Of a DNA stretch of 64,000 bases, positions 58,141-64,000 are shown one piece after another (the stretch's first letter is position 1; each line of letters opens with the position of its first letter). The notes below the pieces were generated by a model. That model ran no database searches, was not told the origin of the DNA, and was given only the letters and a program-made list of their open reading frames with translations. Source of the DNA: a bacterium (GTDB lineage: Bacteria > UBA8248 > JACPRG01 > G963555815); the NCBI GenBank assembly GCA_965218795.1, contig OZ244653.1, forward strand, positions 3,680,001 through 3,744,000. The letters are read 5' to 3'. Both the position numbers and the translations under genes were made by a program.

Positions 58141-59736
58141 TTGGCCGAAGTCTATGACATCATTGTCATTGGTGGAGGACACAACGGGCTGATCCTCGGT
58201 TGCTACCTGGCCAAGGCGGGGCTTCGGCCCTTGGTATTGGAGCGTCTTTCCACCCCGGGCGGGGGCGTCAGCTCGCGAGAGGTCGTCCCGGGATACACCT
58301 TCAGTCTCCACGCCAACAACCTCAATTGGGTCCACATCGGGCCCATCCTCGAGGATTTGGAGCTCGACCGATTCGGCGTCCGGTTCCTCTTTCCCCGGAC
58401 GATCTGCAGCCAGGTCTTCAGCGACGGTCGGAGCCTGACCCTGCACCGGGATTTGGACCGCACCGCCGCCGAGATCGGCCGGTTCTCCCGCAATGACGCT
58501 GACCGATACCGGGACTGGGTTCGTCGGCAAGAGCCCGCCTTCGAGGCTTGCGTGCGGAATCTGTTCTCACCCCCGGTCCCTCCGTCCGTCGGTTGGGCCG
58601 CGCTGGAGGAAAGCCATGAAGGACGGGAGATCTTGCGAACCTCGCTGATGAGCATCGCGGATGTGGCGGAGGAGCTTTTTGAAAACGATCGCGTTCGAAC
58701 CTGGATGGTCAACTACTGCCTGCAAGCCATCAACGATCCCTTCGCAAAAGGTACGGGCCTGATTCCGCTCCTTCTTCATGTGAACCAGCACCGATCCGGT
58801 GGGAACTCCCTGGTTGCGGGGGGCGCCCAGGGTATGGCCGACGCGCTTGTCGCCTGTCTGGAGTCCCATGGCGGGGCGGTCCGGCTGGAAAGCCACGTTT
58901 CGCGTTTGCGCATGGAAGGCGGACGGGCCCGTGGGGTCACCCTCTCCGACGGAACGGAGTTCGAGGCCGCACGGGCCGTGGTCAGCAACGTCGAGCCCAA
59001 ACAGGTCTTCTTGCAGATGATGGACGAGAGCGAGATGGACCCGGGGTTTCTGGGCCAGATCCGCCGGTTTCGATTCAGCCATTACACCTCATTCGGCGTC
59101 CACCTGGCCCTCGACGCGGATCCCGTCTATCGGTCCTCATCCGAAGCTCCCAACCAGGCCTATAACGTCATGATCGGAAAGGAGACCATGGAGGATATTC
59201 GCACCCTCTACTACCACCTGGACATCGGAGTCCCACCGGAGCGAAAGGGCTTCATGGTCGTTCACCCCACGCGATTCGACCCGTCGATCGCCCCTCCCGG
59301 CAAACACTACGCCATCCTGTGGCAATACGCGCCCATCGAGCTGCGGGACAAGAACACCCGGTGGCGAGACATCAAGGAAGCCTTTGCCGACGACTGCGTG
59401 GCGCTTTTGAGCCGCTTCACGAAAAACATGGATGCCGACGCGGTCGTGGGACGCGTGGCCTACAGCCCCGAGGACGCCGGCCGGGAGCTCATCTCGATGG
59501 TGGGCGGGGATCAGGAATGCGGAGCGACCACGCAAGACCAGATGGGCATCTTCCGCCCCTTCCACGGCTGGCCGCCCTACCGGACCCCGATCCGGGGACT
59601 CTACCTTTGCGGCCCCAGCACCCACCCCGGCGGAGGTGTTCACGGGGCCAACGGATACAACGCGGCCGGAGCCATTGCCGACGATCTCGGAATCGAGAAG
59701 TGGTGGGCCGGCCGAGGATTCAAGGTCTTGCGGTAA
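58141..59736 (+). CDS. Phytoene desaturase-family FAD oxidoreductase
   Basis: IGGGHNGL..YLAKAG, LER..GG, YRTPI.GLYLCG.STHPGGGV.G..GYNAA. Confidence 0.9.
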   Translation: MAEVYDIIVIGGGHNGLILGCYLAKAGLRPLVLERLSTPGGGVSSREVVPGYTFSLHANNLNWVHIGPILEDLELDRFGVRFLFPRTICSQVFSDGRSLTLHRDLDRTAAEIGRFSRNDADRYRDWVRRQEPAFEACVRNLFSPPVPPSVGWAALEESHEGREILRTSLMSIADVAEELFENDRVRTWMVNYCLQAINDPFAKGTGLIPLLLHVNQHRSGGNSLVAGGAQGMADALVACLESHGGAVRLESHVSRLRMEGGRARGVTLSDGTEFEAARAVVSNVEPKQVFLQMMDESEMDPGFLGQIRRFRFSHYTSFGVHLALDADPVYRSSSEAPNQAYNVMIGKETMEDIRTLYYHLDIGVPPERKGFMVVHPTRFDPSIAPPGKHYAILWQYAPIELRDKNTRWRDIKEAFADDCVALLSRFTKNMDADAVVGRVAYSPEDAGRELISMVGGDQECGATTQDQMGIFRPFHGWPPYRTPIRGLYLCGPSTHPGGGVHGANGYNAAGAIADDLGIEKWWAGRGFKVLR

Positions 59737-60051
59737 GAGCGCGCCCCCGCTCATGCCTCATCCGCGCTGACCATGTTCCTCGTGGCCGGACGCGGAATGG
59801 CCCATGCCGCCCAATCACTCCCCCCTGCCTGTTCGGCTCGCCTGGCCGGCCTGCCTGGCCGGCAGACAGGCAGACAGGTCGCACGCAGACAGGCGGGAAT
59901 CCGGTTCTTTGTCCTTGTCCGGTTTGGACATCGTCGTGTCCCCTCCTGCTCCGCTCCTCCTTCGCAGCCCGTCGCTTGCCGTTCCCACGGTCGCGCCGGG
60001 CTCCCGTCGGCCAACACCCGAGGGGCGGATGACCCGGTCGAGGCAGGCCGC

Positions 60052-60089
60052 TTGACACCACAGTCAAACTTAGTCATATAATTAGCTAA
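60052..60089 (+). promoter_or_regulatory. Promoter/operator of the phd-vapC module
   Basis: ttgaca ... catataat, with ttagtca and palindromic ttagctaa over the -10. Confidence 0.55.
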
Positions 60090-60110
60090 ACTTGTTTCGA
60101 GGAACCGGCG

Positions 60111-60344
60111 ATGCCCGTGGTGAACGTCCACGAAGCGAAAACCCATTTGTCGCGTCTGCTCGCGCAGGTCGAGGACGGCGAGGAGGTCGTGATTGCCCGC
60201 AACGGCAATCCCGTCGCCCGGCTCGTGCGTGTCCAGGAGCGGGGCAATCGGCAATTCGGCTCCATGAAGGGCCGGATAAAACTCGACGAGGGCTTCTTCG
60301 ACCCGCTGCCGGAAGAGGAGTTGGCTGCCTGGGAGGGTCGTTGA
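60111..60344 (+). CDS. Phd/YefM family antitoxin
   Basis: VNVHEAKTHLSRLL..V..GEEV.IAR.G.PVARL. Confidence 0.93.
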   Translation: MPVVNVHEAKTHLSRLLAQVEDGEEVVIARNGNPVARLVRVQERGNRQFGSMKGRIKLDEGFFDPLPEEELAAWEGR

Positions 60345-60347
60345 GCG

Positions 60348-60734
60348 TTGCGTCTCCTGCTCGACACCCACGCGTTCTTTTGGTGGTTTTCCGGGAGCAG
60401 CCGCCTGTCGCTACCCGCGCGGCAGGCGATTGCGGATGACGGCAACGACGTCATGGTCAGCGCGGCGTCGGCGTGGGAGATCGCGACGAAACATCGGATC
60501 GGCAAGCTCCCGGACGCGGATGCGCTGGCCCTTGACATGACCGGGGCAATCGCCGGACAGGACTTCGAGGAACTGCCCATCACCGTAGAGGACGCCGCGC
60601 GGGCCGGATCGTTGCCGGGTTCCCTTCGCGATCCGTTCGATAGAATGCTCATCGCGCAGGCGCTCGCCCACGATCTCGTTCTCATCACGATGGAGACGCT
60701 CTTCGACCGCTACGGCGTTCGCCGTCTCTGGTGA
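60348..60734 (+). CDS. vapC: VapC PIN-domain toxin
   Basis: LLLDTH, SAASAWE, DPFDRMLIAQA; final conserved Asp reads TME. Confidence 0.92.
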   Translation: MRLLLDTHAFFWWFSGSSRLSLPARQAIADDGNDVMVSAASAWEIATKHRIGKLPDADALALDMTGAIAGQDFEELPITVEDAARAGSLPGSLRDPFDRMLIAQALAHDLVLITMETLFDRYGVRRLW

Positions 60735-60759
60735 TCCGGATCCGCCCCTCCGTATTCTG

Positions 60760-60981
60760 GATTCCTGCTTGAAGCACGCAGGAATGACGAACACGTTGCA
60801 AAGCGCATGCACGAGCCTTGCAACGACGTTTCGGAGACCTTTTTCCCCTAACGGGAGACAGGGGGCTTGGGCGTTGCGCGGGATTTATCGGGTGCGTCGG
60901 CGTCCGATTGCCCCCTAAGCTGTCTACCCCCCACCGGCTCGGCTGCGGACTTCGTCCTTGCCTCACCGACTCCCTCTCAAG
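60760..60981. repeat. REP plus inverted copy of the 52028/62990 element
   Basis: ccccccaccggctcggctgcggacttcgtccttg...ctcaag is the reverse complement of ~62999-63056. Confidence 0.75.
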
Positions 60982-61143
60982 TGTAGCCGACGGAAAGTCG
61001 CTGCCCACGCCGATAAATTGCCGGGAAAAGGGGGCCGGTCAGCCCGCGAACCGAAGCAACTCCTGAAGAACCCGATCTGAATGAGATAGCGGGGACGGAG
61101 AACGCGCCGCCCCTTATGGATCTACGGCTCGTCGCCGACATGT

Positions 61144-61515
61144 TTAGCGGTGATTAAACAGTGAACCGCTATGGACGATGATACCGCCGACCTTGTGCGA
61201 CATGCCGGACTTGCCGTCGAAGTTGTGGATGGTGGTGTTGCCGACCTTGTGCGACATACCGGACTTGCCGCCGAAGTTGTGGATGGTGGTGTTGCCGACC
61301 TTGTGCGACATACCGGACTTGCCGCCGAAGTTGTGGATGGTGGTGTTGCCGACCTTGTGCGACGTGCCGGACTTGCCGCCGCAATTGTAGTAGGTGGTAT
61401 GACCGAACGTCTGCGATATGCAGCCGGCGTATGCAGGACCATTCGACGACAGGGCGGCGGCGAGAAAGACAAAGATACATCCAGCTACGGTCCAGCCGTG
61501 CTTGTTCAGTGGCAT
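61144..61515 (-). CDS. Small secreted protein with 18-aa tandem repeats
   Basis: Signal peptide (PAYA); GKSGMSHKVGNTTIHNFG x3.5; GGAGGGAG RBS. Confidence 0.75.
   Translation of the reverse strand: MPLNKHGWTVAGCIFVFLAAALSSNGPAYAGCISQTFGHTTYYNCGGKSGTSHKVGNTTIHNFGGKSGMSHKVGNTTIHNFGGKSGMSHKVGNTTIHNFDGKSGMSHKVGGIIVHSGSLFNHR
61186..61381. repeat. 54-bp coding tandem repeat x3.6
   Basis: Units start at 61186, 61240, 61294 and 61348. Confidence 0.9.
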
Positions 61516-61646
61516 GTCTTCTCCCTCCGCTCCTCAGGTTCGATAGCTTGACTTGTATAAGCCTGATTTTTGTTCGGATCAATTATGTGTGTCAACTCCA
61601 CAGAGCCCACGGTCGCCGTCCGTGTTCCGCGAGCCGGCGCGCTGAA

Positions 61647-62450
61647 TCAACGCTGCCAGCGGAACCGGTACATGATCGCCAGGCGCACGACGCCAAGCCT
61701 GGTTTCAATGTCGTAGGGGCAAGGCCTTCGAGGGTTTCCCGGCCCGCAAGAGTTGTTGCCGGAGCGGTTCACATGATAGGTGCTCGACCCGAAATCCAGG
61801 TACGAGCCGTCGAGCCGCAGGAACCAGGCATCGGACAGCGGAACCTCGACCCCGGCCCCGATCACCCAGCCGATGTCCGTTGACGTGTCGCGGAAGGAAT
61901 CGTCGGGGTCCACCCGCGTCGGGTCGGAATCGATGTCGATGACCGAACGGGCGACCCGGGCGACCGCCAACCCGCCGCCGGCGAATACGGTCGCGCCCCC
62001 CACGGCGTGTTCGACGCCGGCGCGCGTCGTGACAATCCATCGAAACTCCGATTCCGCCGTCTCGTCCAGACCTTCGGGATCGAGCTGGTTCGTTTTCGCC
62101 GACATGTCGCCGAACGTGGCATCGATCTCGATCCGGAACGGCACGCCGCCCATCTCGAACCTCTTCCCCGCCAGTACGCCGCCGGCGAACCCGGCATCGT
62201 CGTAACTGACACCCGAACCGGGATGACCCCAGTTCGCAAAGCCGTCCACGTCGACGATCCGGTTGCTCATTCGACCGAAGCCGGCGAAGACACCGGCGTA
62301 CGTCCCCGCCCGGATGGAATCGAGAGCGGCATCGCCGCTTCCCGCGCTCGCGGGACCGCCGTTCGCGAGCATGAGAAGGGCCGTCAGCGCAAGAAGCGCC
62401 GAGCGCCATGCGGAGCCATGCCTGGCGCCAAGCCCGGATTTTTCTTTCAT
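61647..62450 (-). CDS. Outer membrane beta-barrel protein (Omp25/RopB-like)
   Basis: Signal peptide, GTYAG.F.G, GWVIGAGVE, YLDFG, terminal MYRF. Confidence 0.8.
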   Translation of the reverse strand: MKEKSGLGARHGSAWRSALLALTALLMLANGGPASAGSGDAALDSIRAGTYAGVFAGFGRMSNRIVDVDGFANWGHPGSGVSYDDAGFAGGVLAGKRFEMGGVPFRIEIDATFGDMSAKTNQLDPEGLDETAESEFRWIVTTRAGVEHAVGGATVFAGGGLAVARVARSVIDIDSDPTRVDPDDSFRDTSTDIGWVIGAGVEVPLSDAWFLRLDGSYLDFGSSTYHVNRSGNNSCGPGNPRRPCPYDIETRLGVVRLAIMYRFRWQR

Positions 62451-62989
62451 GGTCGTCTTATCGCCTCACTGGTATAGGGTTGAATAGATTCAAGAGCTTG
62501 TGATTCAGCCGGTTTGCAGCAACTGGAAGATCACATGGCCTGAACGGAAATCACTTGCCCGGAATATGAATGCAAAATGGCTCGGGCCGCTTATCACTTG
62601 GTTCCGGTTGTCTCGAGATGTTGCAGGTGACGGATTTTGCGCGGACGGCAATGTCGAACAAGGTTGGCCTGGATGGCATTCGGGCAGGCTGTGTTCTCAT
62701 CGGTTTCCATCCGCCAGATTCATCCCCGGCAGCTCCCGCGGCGCATCATCATCGGCGATGTCGGAGGTCCCCGGCCCGTGGTGGCCCTGCGCGTCACGGC
62801 GACGCCCGAGATAGTGAGCCATGTTGAGTATATAGAGATCTTCCTTAATCTGTAACCGCGTAAGATGAAGCCCGCACATTGAATCTTGTCCATATGGACT
62901 TGTGACATATGGAAATGCAGATGACAATTCATCCCCTTTTCATCGCCCTTTCAGGTCCATTATAAGATCCATTGAACCCCCCCACCGCC

Positions 62990-63132
62990 TCACTCCCCCC
63001 TTGAGGGGGAGTCGGCAAGACAAGGACGAAGTCCGCAGCCGAGCCGGTGGGGGGCGGTCGAAGATGCACGGCCAATGCCCCCCTCATCCCAACCTTCTCC
63101 CTCCAGGGGAGAGGGAGAGGATCCCGGAAACG
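62990..63132. repeat. ~140-bp dispersed element (direct copy of 52028-52168)
   Basis: cactccccccttgagggggagtcggcaagac...gagggagaggatcccggaa. Confidence 0.8.
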
Positions 63133-63345
63133 TTGATGCACCGCCAATGCACCACCCGTGCACGCGCCTTGCCGTTCGACGGGATGACGGAGCGCAGTTC
63201 TGGAAGCAGGCGCAACGGTTGATGCGGATAAAGAACCTCTTTCCGCCACCCGGGGCGGTCAGAAGATAGTTCGACGCTCATCGCAACAGGATGTTTCCCG
63301 CCTCGAACACTCGGGGGTAGGCTTCAGGCGGGGGTCCACATTGCC

Positions 63346-63486
63346 AGTCACCCCGGCAAGTTTCAGGCCGGGGTCTACTCCTCTGGATTCCCGCTTCCGC
63401 AGGAATGACGGGATTCAGCTCTCCGTTGAGATTTTGAACCAGTCAGTCACACCGGCAGGCCCCGGGCTCAAGCGCTCGGGAATGAC
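63346..63486. repeat. REP cluster
   Basis: ggattcccgcttccgcaggaatgac and degenerate neighbours. Confidence 0.65.
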
Positions 63487-63537
63487 GGGGCGCGGCCGGC
63501 GACCCGGCGTCATCGTCTCACCTTAGTTATGGAAGGC

Positions 63538-64000
63538 TCAGTGGTCCGGGTCCACGCCCAATGCGTTGGCCCTCCGGTTGGTGTAATTGAAGTAGCCGAC
63601 GATCTGGACCACGTCGTAGATGTCTTCATCCGTCAGCCCTTCCGCCCGGAGCGGCGCCAGGTCGTCCTCGGACATCTCCCGGGGATGGAGGGTCAGCTTC
63701 TCCGCGTACTCCAGGATGCGCAGGGTCCTGGCGTCGAGTTCCGCCTTGCGGTAATCCACGATGATCTGCCGTGCCAGGGCCTCGTCCCCGGTCGCTTCAC
63801 GGAGAGACTCTCCGTGATGCTGCACTCAGTACACGCATCCGTTGATGGCGGAGACCACGATGGCGATCATCTCTCTCTGCGCCTGGCTCAGGCCCGAATC
63901 GCCGAACATGACGGCCCCGTAGAGCGTGCTGAGGCCGATCATGACCGGCGGCCGCAGGCTCATGAGCTTGAAGATCCCCCGGACCCGCCCGTCCCGCTCG
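63538..64000 (-). CDS. AhpD/CMD-like peroxidase selenoprotein (CxxU), 5' end outside the window
   Basis: Open frame ...GDSGLSQAQREMIAIVVSAINGCVY-TGA-VQHHG...YAEKLT..P...LR..GLTDEDI..GYFNYTNR; TGA at 63826-63828. Confidence 0.9.
63798..63816 (-). promoter_or_regulatory. Putative bacterial SECIS element
   Basis: CACGGAGA-GTC-TCTCCGTG perfect stem 9 nt after the UGA; loop starts with GU. Confidence 0.75.

Noticed and set aside
61186-61381. Possible CRISPR array
   Set aside because: Units are contiguous 54-bp copies without unique spacers, in frame within a gene; no cas genes.

Overview
GC-rich bacterial chromosome segment with about 55 genes, mostly metabolic. No rRNA, tRNA or CRISPR was recognised. 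Strongest result: two genes that the ORF track splits are almost certainly selenoproteins. They are an OsmC/Ohr-like protein (2671-3258, UGA at 2953) and an AhpD-like peroxidase (63538 to beyond 64000, CxxU, UGA at 63826-63828). In each, the UGA sits at a catalytic Cys position and is followed by a bacterial SECIS-like hairpin. Other content: a Rieske/cytochrome b (PEWP Qo motif)/nonaheme cytochrome c operon with a divergent cytochrome c'; shc-hpnG; a decaying TatT-TRAP operon; a gatE pseudogene; a long catabolic cluster (XRE, M24, SdhA-like flavoprotein, mini-ferredoxin, Rieske oxygenase, 3x EamA, GntR, DHDPS-like, ArgE, HisC, FAH); three tandem secreted MBL-fold paralogs; two molybdenum hydroxylase large subunits with an ABC transporter; an HD phosphohydrolase + YwgA/Panacea-like pair next to a 5'-truncated hicA; a phd-vapC module; and many REP/MITE-like repeats with RAYT and IS481 remnants. 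All family calls come from motif recognition by eye, not database searches.
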